Of a stretch of 32,000 bases of DNA, positions 8,144 to 16,394 are shown in pieces. The DNA is taken from the NCBI GenBank assembly GCA_025340205.1, contig CP006868.1, forward strand, positions 960,001 through 992,000. Direction: 5' to 3'. Source of the DNA: Ignicoccus pacificus DSM 13166. Its GTDB lineage: Archaea; Thermoproteota; Thermoprotei_A; Sulfolobales; Ignicoccaceae. The number at the start of each line of letters is the position of its first letter. Positions within the stretch are counted from its first letter, which is position 1. The notes beneath the pieces are model-generated. The model was not told where the DNA came from, searched no databases, and saw only the letters and a program-made list of their open reading frames with translations. The translations under genes were made by a program, and so were the position numbers.

Positions 8144-8575
8144 CTACGCCCAGAAGAGCTTATACAGCAGTACTAATAACATTATGATCATTATAACCAT
8201 TAGACCTTCCATCATTAGCATCATGTTGTTGAGGGTATTTTGGACGTTTACTATAGTCTCCATCATTTTATTCATACTTTCGGTCATGTGGACCATCGTC
8301 TCACTCATATTCAGCATGGCTTTATTCATATTGAGAATCATCTTTTCCATGGTCTTGATCGGTTCAACTATGGTTGTATTTATCATGTTTACGCTCTGCT
8401 TCAAGTGATTCACCTCGGCTTGTAACATCTTTATCTTATCATTGAACTTGAACAAAACCTCACTCAGAGTCTTCACGAGGTCTAGAAGCGGCCCGGACTC
8501 CACGTTTCCCGTGGGATGTACGGGGGGAGTGGCGCCCGGTACGAGGGGAGGAGCGGTCTCTACATCAAACGCCAC
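8144..8575 (-). CDS. hypothetical methionine-rich coiled-coil protein with C-terminal transmembrane anchor
   Basis: 143-aa ORF ending 2 nt before the hisS start. It has a Pro-rich N-terminus, a long 3/4-spaced hydrophobic repeat, and a terminal hydrophobic helix (LMVIMIIMLLVLLYKLFWA). The start is uncertain: GTG at 8575, with in-frame alternatives at GTG 8503, GTG 8476 and ATG 8428. Confidence 0.6.
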   Translation of the reverse strand: MAFDVETAPPLVPGATPPVHPTGNVESGPLLDLVKTLSEVLFKFNDKIKMLQAEVNHLKQSVNMINTTIVEPIKTMEKMILNMNKAMLNMSETMVHMTESMNKMMETIVNVQNTLNNMMLMMEGLMVIMIIMLLVLLYKLFWA

Positions 8576-8646
8576 CCTTGTCGCCCCAAGTAGGTACGCG
8601 CCTCCACTTATCTTCTCTGTGTTCCTAGTCTCTTCAGGGTAAGAGC

Positions 8647-9282
8647 ATGAACAAGGAGGAGCTGATAGCCAAGCTCATAAGAGAGGGGTACATAGCGCGG
8701 AAGGAAGTGGCGGAGGCCATGTTAAAGGTTCCTAGGGAGGAGTTCGTACCGGAGGAGCTGAGGCCTTATGCATACGAGGATAGACCTTTACCTATAGGAG
8801 AAGGGCAAACCATAAGCGCTCCTCATATGGTAGCCTACATGATTGAGGCTGCTGGAATAAAGAGGGGAGACAAAGTACTGGAGGTGGGGACGGGCTCCGG
8901 CTATCATGCAGCCGTAATGGCAGAAGTCGTCGGGCCGGAGGGTCACGTTTTCACGATTGAGAGGATTCCCGAGCTCGCCGAGAGGGCTAAGGAGAGGCTC
9001 GAGCGGTTGGGTTATGGTGATAGAGTAACGGTCTATGTCGGGGACGGGAGCAAGGGAATACCGGAGGAGGCGCCTTTCGATAAGATAATCGTCACGGCAG
9101 CGGCCAAGGAGATACCGGAGGAACTGCTAAGACAGCTGAAGCCGGGAGGGATTATGGTTATTCCCGTGGAAGAGGCCCCGGGGTTCCAAGTGCTCTATAG
9201 GGTACACAAGTCTCCAGATGGGAAAATTAGAATAGAAAAGCTTCTCCCGGTCATGTTCGTGCCTCTAGTTTCTGACAGCTGA
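8647..9282 (+). CDS. pcm: protein-L-isoaspartate O-methyltransferase
   Basis: 211 aa with the motifs GQTISAPHMVA, VLEVGTGSGYHAAV and the PGG..V.PV end motif. Confidence 0.92.
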   Translation: MNKEELIAKLIREGYIARKEVAEAMLKVPREEFVPEELRPYAYEDRPLPIGEGQTISAPHMVAYMIEAAGIKRGDKVLEVGTGSGYHAAVMAEVVGPEGHVFTIERIPELAERAKERLERLGYGDRVTVYVGDGSKGIPEEAPFDKIIVTAAAKEIPEELLRQLKPGGIMVIPVEEAPGFQVLYRVHKSPDGKIRIEKLLPVMFVPLVSDS

Positions 9283-10606
9283 CCCTATAGTATTCCTCGG
9301 CGAACCTTAAGAAGGAAACGATCTTTCCTTCCCCCCACCTTTCCGCTACAACTTGAATTCCTATGCCGTCTGCTATTGGAGCGTTGCCGGCTGGTAATCC
9401 GGCCAAGTTGACCGGAACGGTGAGGACGTCCATGGCGAAGAGCTCCTTAGGAGAGCTCTTAGCTCCAAATGAGGGAGGCGTTACGGGCATCGTGGGCATT
9501 ATCAATACGCTTTCTCTCACTATCTCGTTCAACTCCTCATATACCGCCTTCCTGGCCTTAAGAGCCCTCAAGTAAAGCTCCTCGCTGTAGCCGGCTGAGA
9601 GCACGGTAGCGCCCATAGCGATTCTCCTCTTTACCTCCCAACCGAAGTACTTCCCTCTGACCTCGGCGATGAAGTCGTAGAAGTTCTCCGTCACCTCGGG
9701 AAGAAGCTCCTCCGGAAGCCCATACCTTATCCCATCGTACCTAGCCAAGTTGCTCGAAGCCTCCGCTAGAGCTATTACGTAATATGCTGGGAGGGCCTTC
9801 TCCAAGGCCTTAACCTTTTTGTACTCTACGTTTTTCAATTTCCTAATAAAAGAGTTGAAGGCATTCCTCACCTCCGGGTCTACGAGCTCTAACGCGTTTT
9901 CGGGAACCACGAACCTCAGCTTTTCCACGTCGAACTCCTTCAGATCCGGCTTCTTTACAGTGGTGTGGTCTCTCGGATCCTTCCCGGATATGATTTCGAA
10001 TATCTCTACAAGTTGGGAGACCGAGGGGGCAATTGGGGATATCTGCTCCAAGGAGTCAGCATAGGGGATCAAACCATATCTCGAGACAGCTCCATATGTC
10101 GGCTTTAAGGAGAAGACTGAGCACCAGGCGGCAGGGGCCCTTATCGAGCCTCCCGTATCGCTCCCTATCCCCGGAAGGCAGTACCCCCTAGCTGCCGCTC
10201 CAGCTCCCGAAGAGGAGCCCCCGGTGACCTTGCTCGTGTCGAGTGGGTTCTTAGCCGGTCCATAGGCGCTGTTCTCGCCCGTCGTACCCATCCCGAATTC
10301 ATCCATGTTGGTCTTTCCTATTATCACGTAACCCTTTTCTTTGAGCTTCCTCACGGTAGTGGCGTCAAAAACGGGGACGTAAGCTTGGAGGATCTTGGAA
10401 CCGGCTGTGGTCCTTATCCCCTTGGTCGCTATGTTATCCTTAACCGTTATCGGTTTAGGTTCTATCCCCCTTTCGAGTAACTCCTTGGCCTCCTTTAACA
10501 CCTCTTCCTTCGGTCTCAAGGTTATGAACGCGTTGAAGGAATCGTCTCCTATGATGTCATAGATCTTCTCGAAGAGCTCCATTAACGGCCCCGGCAGAGA
10601 TGACAA
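9251..10606 (-). CDS. gatA: Asp/Glu-tRNA amidotransferase subunit A (amidase signature family)
   Basis: 451 aa. It carries the amidase signature GGSSSGAGAAA...GSDTGGSIRAPAA and KDNI.TKGIRTTAGSKIL. The first Met may be too far upstream; MELFEK is an alternative start. Confidence 0.85.
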   Translation of the reverse strand: MSSLPGPLMELFEKIYDIIGDDSFNAFITLRPKEEVLKEAKELLERGIEPKPITVKDNIATKGIRTTAGSKILQAYVPVFDATTVRKLKEKGYVIIGKTNMDEFGMGTTGENSAYGPAKNPLDTSKVTGGSSSGAGAAARGYCLPGIGSDTGGSIRAPAAWCSVFSLKPTYGAVSRYGLIPYADSLEQISPIAPSVSQLVEIFEIISGKDPRDHTTVKKPDLKEFDVEKLRFVVPENALELVDPEVRNAFNSFIRKLKNVEYKKVKALEKALPAYYVIALAEASSNLARYDGIRYGLPEELLPEVTENFYDFIAEVRGKYFGWEVKRRIAMGATVLSAGYSEELYLRALKARKAVYEELNEIVRESVLIMPTMPVTPPSFGAKSSPKELFAMDVLTVPVNLAGLPAGNAPIADGIGIQVVAERWGEGKIVSFLRFAEEYYRVSCQKLEART

Positions 10607-10627
10607 AAAGAGGTTATATTCTGGACC

Positions 10628-11008
10628 TCATTTCCTTCCGAAGATGTAAAGGGCGGTGAGGTCTCCCGCCTTTACCATGTATATGCCTAGGATAACGCTG
10701 ACTACTGTGTAAAACAGGGCCATTAAGGACTTACCGTCCTGAAGTAGGAAGTAATCATCGGCGACGAAGGTGCTGAAGGTGCTTAGGGCTCCACAGAAGC
10801 CGGTAGCTATGGCTAGCTTCAGCTGGCCCGGGAGACCTCTCTGATACTCGAACATTCCCAATATTAATCCCAACAAGAAGCTCGCTATCATGTTAACAGT
10901 AAACGTGGCCAGAGGGAAGCTCATAGGCTTTGGCAAAAACTTGTAGAAGTAGTATCTCACTATAGCTCCCACGGCTCCTCCTATGGCTACCCATAGCAGA
11001 GAGTCCAT
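10628..11008 (-). CDS. crcB: fluoride ion channel CrcB/FluC
   Basis: 126 aa with four hydrophobic helices. Motifs IGGAVGAIVRY and GFCGALSTFSTF are typical of CrcB. Confidence 0.85.
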   Translation of the reverse strand: MDSLLWVAIGGAVGAIVRYYFYKFLPKPMSFPLATFTVNMIASFLLGLILGMFEYQRGLPGQLKLAIATGFCGALSTFSTFVADDYFLLQDGKSLMALFYTVVSVILGIYMVKAGDLTALYIFGRK

Positions 11009-11043
11009 ACCTCAGATCCCTAGGGTCACGCTAGGAAGGGCTT

Positions 11044-11475
11044 TTACGGGCATCTCCACCTGACCACGTCCCCGCTCAAGCTGACCAAGGGTTTAGCCTT
11101 CCCTTCTCTTATCAACTTCTCCAACTCCTCCGGATCAATCGCGTAGACGTAAGCCTCCAGTACCGATCCGGTATCCTTTCTCTTTACCTTTATCTTAACT
11201 CTCTTATATTCTCCCTCGGTTACTCCTTCGTAAACGTCCAGTTTCTCTAATCCCTCCTCTGGAATTAAGTAGAGCTCACCCTCAACGAAGTGTTCGCCTC
11301 CATAGAGGAGGAGCCCGGGATAACGTTCGCTGTTAACTAGGATATCATATAGAGTGTGCCTGTCTACGGTAACCGCCTCTGCTAGAAAGGTTCCGCCAGC
11401 TTCAAGCAAGACGTCGTGTGTAGGGCATCCTCTCATGAGGGTACCGTACACAAACAAGAACTCCATAGGCTCCAA
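11044..11475 (-). CDS. gamma-glutamylcyclotransferase family protein (AIG2-like)
   Basis: 143 aa with an N-terminal FVYGTLMRG motif and a later YPGL...GELY pattern. Confidence 0.75.
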   Translation of the reverse strand: MEPMEFLFVYGTLMRGCPTHDVLLEAGGTFLAEAVTVDRHTLYDILVNSERYPGLLLYGGEHFVEGELYLIPEEGLEKLDVYEGVTEGEYKRVKIKVKRKDTGSVLEAYVYAIDPEELEKLIREGKAKPLVSLSGDVVRWRCP

Positions 11476-11517
11476 TTTCGCGACCCCATGGAAGTTAGAC
11501 GAAGGGGAAAATAGGTT

Positions 11518-13221
11518 CTAGGAAGAGGGCTTAGCGAACTTGGGCCTCTTCGAGTACAGCAAGGGAAGTGACTGAGGCATCTGGGGATAGCTGCCAACCG
11601 CCTCCTTTATCTTCTTGGCCAGCTCCTCGATAGTCATTTCAACCCTATCGTTGGACCCTCTTATGTTCACGACTATGGATCCGGTCTCCTTCTCCCTCTT
11701 CCCCACTATTACCACATAGGGTATCCACTCCTTGCCAGCATCTCTAATCTTCCTTCCAAGGGATAGGTTCCTATCATCTACATCGACTCTTATTCCATAG
11801 CTCTTGAGCTCGTCAGCAACGCTCATGGCGTAGGTAAGCAATTCTCTATTTACTGGTATTACTCTAGCTTGTATCGGCGCTAACCACACCGGAAGGGAGG
11901 GGGTCTTGTTTTCCCTGAACTCTTTGGCAGCCTTGTCAAGTATCATGTAGAGGAACCTTTCAATGGAACCTATGGGAGCGCTCTTCACGATATATAGATC
12001 GTCCCTCTTCTTGCTGAGCGTCCAGCTTCCTATTTCCACCGGCACGCCGCAGTTGTTTATTATGAAATACTCGGTGTCGATCAGTTTTTCAGGATCGTCG
12101 AAGAGCCTTACGAGGGCGCATCTGTTGTCTCTCTTTATCATCTTTACAATTACATCTTTTACATCTTCGAAGAACTTTTCATTAACGTTGTAGAGTACTA
12201 CGTATTTCTGGCCTATCTTCTCCGCTTCTGCATGAATCAAGTCATGTATCATCAACACGTGATTAAGAACGTCCGACAAATTGTTGAAGTAGGTAGTTAT
12301 CGTGGGAACGGTGAAGGAAGAGCACCTCTTGCAGATCACTTGATCGTTCTCGTTGCGATACAAGTGCGCTATCTCGTAAATCCCTACGGGCAAAACATCT
12401 AGCTCCTCTTCGATGAGCTCTTCTACTTGGGCCAGCTCGGAATCCCTTAAACAGAAGTCTTCACACCTTAGGGAATTAGCGTCACAGTTCGTGTCGATTA
12501 TAGATCCCCTTATTAAGAACACGGGTATCTCGAGGGATTCGCCTAGATAGTTGGCGTAAAGGAGTATGGTGTTGTACATAAAGTAGGCCAAGGGTTTGTA
12601 CCTATGGGTACACGCCTTGCCCGTCTTCTTCATTACTACCCCAAACTTCTCACAGAACTGAGATACCAAGTCCTCGCATTTAGAAACGTTGCCCTCGAGA
12701 TAATCCCTCAGTTTCCTTAACTCATCATCTTTTAGCTGGTCTAGATCTTCACTTATCGTTCCGTCCGGGGTAATCCAAAGTATCTTCTTGAAGGGAGTTT
12801 CCTTTCTCTTAGGCCTGAAGCTCTTCGAGAGCTCCGCTAACGGATGACCTTTGCAAGAGAGCTCGAAGCGTTTGTACCATCCGAAGGGAGCTCTAAGTAC
12901 CTCAAACCCCATATCTGAGAACATCTTTGCCATAGTCCTTAGGACCTCTAGCGCCTCCCAAGGCTTGGCTAAGTTCGAGGAGAGGTGGGCGTAAGGATAA
13001 ACAACTATCCTCTTAACGCCTATCCTCTTAGCATGTTCTGAAATCTCCTTTACCGCATCAGCTACCACTTCCTTATCTCCGGGCTCTACTGTTACAAAAA
13101 GCACCAAGGCGTTTTCAGCTTCCCCCTTCTTGGGGACCTCATCTAGACTTTCGGCACTTTTGATGGCCTTCTTAACTGCTTCGTAACTGAACTTGTCAGC
13201 GTGGATCAGTAGAACCCTCAA
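11518..13221 (-). CDS. thrS: threonyl-tRNA synthetase paralogue of the editing type (archaeal N-terminal editing domain, degenerate class II core, anticodon-binding domain)
   Basis: 567 aa with a TTG start. The N-terminus MRVLLIHADKFSYE... matches the archaeal DTD-like ThrRS editing domain. The C-terminus (WLAPIQARVIPV, GIRVDVDDRN, IPYVVIVGKRE) matches the ThrRS anticodon-binding domain. The central region keeps GSIERF but has a diverged motif 2 (YRNENDQVICKR..FTVPTITTYF). Confidence 0.8.
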   Translation of the reverse strand: MRVLLIHADKFSYEAVKKAIKSAESLDEVPKKGEAENALVLFVTVEPGDKEVVADAVKEISEHAKRIGVKRIVVYPYAHLSSNLAKPWEALEVLRTMAKMFSDMGFEVLRAPFGWYKRFELSCKGHPLAELSKSFRPKRKETPFKKILWITPDGTISEDLDQLKDDELRKLRDYLEGNVSKCEDLVSQFCEKFGVVMKKTGKACTHRYKPLAYFMYNTILLYANYLGESLEIPVFLIRGSIIDTNCDANSLRCEDFCLRDSELAQVEELIEEELDVLPVGIYEIAHLYRNENDQVICKRCSSFTVPTITTYFNNLSDVLNHVLMIHDLIHAEAEKIGQKYVVLYNVNEKFFEDVKDVIVKMIKRDNRCALVRLFDDPEKLIDTEYFIINNCGVPVEIGSWTLSKKRDDLYIVKSAPIGSIERFLYMILDKAAKEFRENKTPSLPVWLAPIQARVIPVNRELLTYAMSVADELKSYGIRVDVDDRNLSLGRKIRDAGKEWIPYVVIVGKREKETGSIVVNIRGSNDRVEMTIEELAKKIKEAVGSYPQMPQSLPLLYSKRPKFAKPSS

Positions 13222-16187
13222 CCTCTGGTACCCTTAGTAGTTGACGTTGGGCGGGATGTTGAGCTTACCGTTCTCGGAGTCCTGTAGACGAAGGCGCCTA
13301 TCAGCGCAGCTATTGCCATTATTATCGGCCCTGTCCACACGAATATAGCACCCGGTATCACCTTTGCCTGTACGTAGAGTCCTTCGGTCTTTATTAGACT
13401 AGTGTAGTTCTTCGCCATTAAGTATAGCTCCAGCGTCGCCAGCTCTAAGTACGTAGGCAATTGATCTTGTCTTATCTGGTTTACTACGTTTATGTTGTAG
13501 CCAGCCGCGAACAGTGCAGCTAGCGCGAGCTTCTGGCCCAGCGTGTAGTTCTTGCTATTGAATAGCTCGTGGAGGTACCAGAGCAGTAGATCGTGATATG
13601 AAGCGCCCATTAAGACGTGGGACTGAGCTACCGGTGGGTTGAGGACAACGTAGAGGTCGCTTATTCCATAGCTTGGGTGTATTACCTTGGGCACTAGGCC
13701 GTGGATACCTTGTATCTCTCCGTATGCCTCGTACCTTATCTTGGCATGGAAGTCGTGAGTGCTATTACCTACTATTACCTTGAAGTTCAGCGTTAGCATT
13801 GCTGTTTCGGGTATGTATCTGGGTGCTCTCACATAACCGGCACAGTCCTGATGGATACATTTGGTGCCTGGGGGAGGAGTTATCAGCTTCTTGACGTTCT
13901 CAGGGTTCTCCAAGAACTTGCCTAACTCGGAGTGCATTAAGCTCTTGATGAGAGGATCTTGAAGACCTTTGAGATATATCATTATTCCGCTGCTTACGGT
14001 TCCGGTGCTCGGATAGGTTCCGTTCTTGAAGATCACGACGCCATGAAGCACGGTAAAGGCCTCAGGGATCATAGTTCTCATGTGAATTGCTATTGGTGTG
14101 GCCGCTGGATAAACCGTTATGTTGTCGGATCTGACGACTATGTCTCCATACTTTATTACAATTGGTTTTTCCAGCTTGAACTCTAGGACGTCATGTGGCG
14201 TTAAGTTAAGGTATCTGTCTATTATCAAATTCTTTACATCTATTGAGAACGAATAGCCCAAGTCCCCGCTCCTGGTCCTCCATAGATAGAGGACTACGGT
14301 TCCTCCCGTAGAGTTGAGAACTCCGGTTGAGTTGATGAGTTTCTGTTTATTCTTCATTAAGTCTTTTATGTAGAAGTACTTATAGTGGACGTTCTTCAAC
14401 GTATAGTTGGTTAAGTTGTATACCATTACGTTGTCACTCTGGTAGATAGGTTGGCCATGCAGAACCTTGTCGACTATGAACTGTAGGAGCGGGTTAGATT
14501 TTATGGTCTTACTTACGTTATTCATGAACTGCAGATAGGGAGAGACGTCGTGAGCTATCGCCTTTAACGCTAACCACGCGTAGAAGTAAACGCTCGACTT
14601 CTGTACGTATCTGTCATATATGTCCACGAAAGAGTTTCCAAGCTTGTAGTGGAAACTCGACAAGCTCAGCTTCATCCCGTTGGGCAAGCTCTCTACGGTT
14701 CCCGGAGGTAGGTTGAAGTGGTAGAAGTAGTTGCTGTTGAAAGCGTAGGTACCAGACATGAGTACGCCTAGCGCAGTAAGCGCCATTCCGAAGTGAAGCA
14801 AACCTACATCGATGTCCTTAAGGTTCTTGTATCTCTTTATTATGTAGTACACAGCGGAAGCCATTACGAATCCAGTAAGAGGTATGCCAAATGCCATCAT
14901 AGCATTAGTAGTGTTCGGTGAAAGGTGGGCGAGCTTCAAGTAACCCATCAGTGCAGCTATCGTCGCTACAGCGGACGTCAACAGTACGGTGACCTCAGCG
15001 GCTATAATGGCCTTCCAGCCCCAATCGTTAAGAAGGACCATTGGTAATGCTACGAGCATAAGTATTAGGAGCGGATAGAGTACTGGGTGGAAGTACTTAA
15101 TACCATCGCTCATCTGAGGCACTGAGGCCTCATGACCCATCGCCACCATTAGCGATGGCACGAACAGAGTTCCGTAAACGAAGAACGCGGCGATTCCAAG
15201 AGCTATGGCTGCTAGTAAGGTTCCGACATAGTAGGGTTGAGGGTTCTTGAACGCACTCTTCAATGGCTTTAGCGGGTTCTCTGCTTCGGCTAACTCCCTT
15301 AGCCACCAGAGCAAGTAAACTATTGCCATTATGAGGAGTGAGAGACTTCCGGCGTTTGCTCCGGCGAAGCTGTGCAGAGGACTCAGTCCAGTTCTTGTCA
15401 CGAACATCGCTAGGAAGACCGAGGAAGGGACGAGAGCTGCGAAGGCCCTAGCTAAGTTCGGTAATATAGGAACTAGGTGAGGGTAGAGCGTCGCGGCGAG
15501 CCATACCATGAGCTCGCTTGTCTCGACGGGATCCCACGCCCAGTATCCTCCCCATCCGAACGTCTCATAGCTCCAAAGGGCACCGAGCATTATTCCTATG
15601 GTGAGCAGAGCCCAACCGACGTTATAGGTAGCCCTTCCCCTCCTATAGCCTAAGGCCAGCGCTATGGCTGATATCGCCAGTATTCCGTAACCTCCGAAGG
15701 TGCTTAGAGGGTGTGGGTAAAGCCAAGGACTCTTCAGCAGGGGGTTAAGCCCGGCTCCCGTTATGGGGTGACCCGGTATTAGGGTAAAGGCGTCGTTCAT
15801 GTAGGCCGCGAAGAGACCTACTAGAATTACCGGTATCGCTGCCAAGTAAAGCCTTATCCCCCCATCTCTTAGGAAGAAGAGCGTCATGCCAGCCAACATC
15901 GTGAAGAGGAATAAGCTGCCTCCTCCGCCTGACCAAGAAGTAGCTATTCTCATCCACAAAGGCATTCCTTCGCTTGAGTTCCAATAGACCTCATGAAGGC
16001 TGAAGTCTAGCGTGACGAAGGGTATCAAGTAAAGCAGCCAAGATACGAGTAGCGCTATGCTAGCGTACGTTAGGAACTTCTTAGCTCTCTTGCTATCACC
16101 TTTCACAGAGTAATATAACGTTGCCACGTAGAGGGCGGCAGCTATCAGAGGCGGATAGCCCGTCCAATGAAGCATAAGCTCGTGCAC
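13218..16187 (-). CDS. ccmF: CcmF-like cytochrome c-type biogenesis (haem lyase) membrane protein with an enlarged extracytoplasmic domain
   Basis: 989 aa and polytopic. It has the WWD signature GWGGYWAWDPVETSELMVWL preceded by SWSGGGGSLFLF. His residues sit where I recall the four conserved CcmF histidines (H159, H237, H272 in SPLHSFAG, H465). The start is either GTG 16187 or ATG 16175. Confidence 0.7.
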   Translation of the reverse strand: MHELMLHWTGYPPLIAAALYVATLYYSVKGDSKRAKKFLTYASIALLVSWLLYLIPFVTLDFSLHEVYWNSSEGMPLWMRIATSWSGGGGSLFLFTMLAGMTLFFLRDGGIRLYLAAIPVILVGLFAAYMNDAFTLIPGHPITGAGLNPLLKSPWLYPHPLSTFGGYGILAISAIALALGYRRGRATYNVGWALLTIGIMLGALWSYETFGWGGYWAWDPVETSELMVWLAATLYPHLVPILPNLARAFAALVPSSVFLAMFVTRTGLSPLHSFAGANAGSLSLLIMAIVYLLWWLRELAEAENPLKPLKSAFKNPQPYYVGTLLAAIALGIAAFFVYGTLFVPSLMVAMGHEASVPQMSDGIKYFHPVLYPLLILMLVALPMVLLNDWGWKAIIAAEVTVLLTSAVATIAALMGYLKLAHLSPNTTNAMMAFGIPLTGFVMASAVYYIIKRYKNLKDIDVGLLHFGMALTALGVLMSGTYAFNSNYFYHFNLPPGTVESLPNGMKLSLSSFHYKLGNSFVDIYDRYVQKSSVYFYAWLALKAIAHDVSPYLQFMNNVSKTIKSNPLLQFIVDKVLHGQPIYQSDNVMVYNLTNYTLKNVHYKYFYIKDLMKNKQKLINSTGVLNSTGGTVVLYLWRTRSGDLGYSFSIDVKNLIIDRYLNLTPHDVLEFKLEKPIVIKYGDIVVRSDNITVYPAATPIAIHMRTMIPEAFTVLHGVVIFKNGTYPSTGTVSSGIMIYLKGLQDPLIKSLMHSELGKFLENPENVKKLITPPPGTKCIHQDCAGYVRAPRYIPETAMLTLNFKVIVGNSTHDFHAKIRYEAYGEIQGIHGLVPKVIHPSYGISDLYVVLNPPVAQSHVLMGASYHDLLLWYLHELFNSKNYTLGQKLALAALFAAGYNINVVNQIRQDQLPTYLELATLELYLMAKNYTSLIKTEGLYVQAKVIPGAIFVWTGPIIMAIAALIGAFVYRTPRTVSSTSRPTSTTKGTRG

Positions 16188-16212
16188 CTATTGCGGGGCA
16201 CGGTAACTTCAA

Positions 16213-16218
16213 TTATAA
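16213..16218 (-). promoter_or_regulatory. TATA-like box for the CcmF-like gene
   Basis: The minus strand reads CTTATAATTG, with TTATAA about 26-31 nt upstream of GTG 16187. This fits a leaderless or short-leader transcript. Confidence 0.4.
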
Positions 16219-16278
16219 GAAGGACGTTAGCTTTTCCGAATACAAACCCTCACTCCTATATGTTAACACCGTTAACGA

Positions 16279-16290
16279 TATTTCGAAATA
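16279..16290. promoter_or_regulatory. perfect 12-bp palindrome TATTTCGAAATA in divergent promoter region (candidate regulator site)
   Basis: Read directly from the sequence. It is flanked by GTTAAC-ACC-GTTAAC (16262-16276) and two further TCGAA copies (16304-16308 and 16313-16317). Confidence 0.35.
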
Positions 16291-16347
16291 CACCCTCTCC
16301 TGATCGAATTCATCGAACGGAATGGTGTGAAAGGAGTACCGGATATG

Positions 16348-16355
16348 TATAAAAG
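16348..16355 (+). promoter_or_regulatory. TATA box for cimA
   Basis: TATAAAAG lies 40 nt upstream of GTG 16395. A GAGGGTGA Shine-Dalgarno-like element at 16384-16391 sits just before the start. Confidence 0.5.
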
Positions 16356-16394
16356 GTTTCCTTACCCGCACCGACCGGTGCATGAGGGTGAAGG

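Noticed and set aside
11009-11095. Region upstream of crcB, checked for a fluoride (crcB-motif) riboswitch. A small hairpin CCTAG-N7-CTAGG is present.
   Set aside because: The gap is only 35 nt. The sequence lacks the conserved fluoride-riboswitch elements I remember, and the 5-bp hairpin alone is not meaningful.
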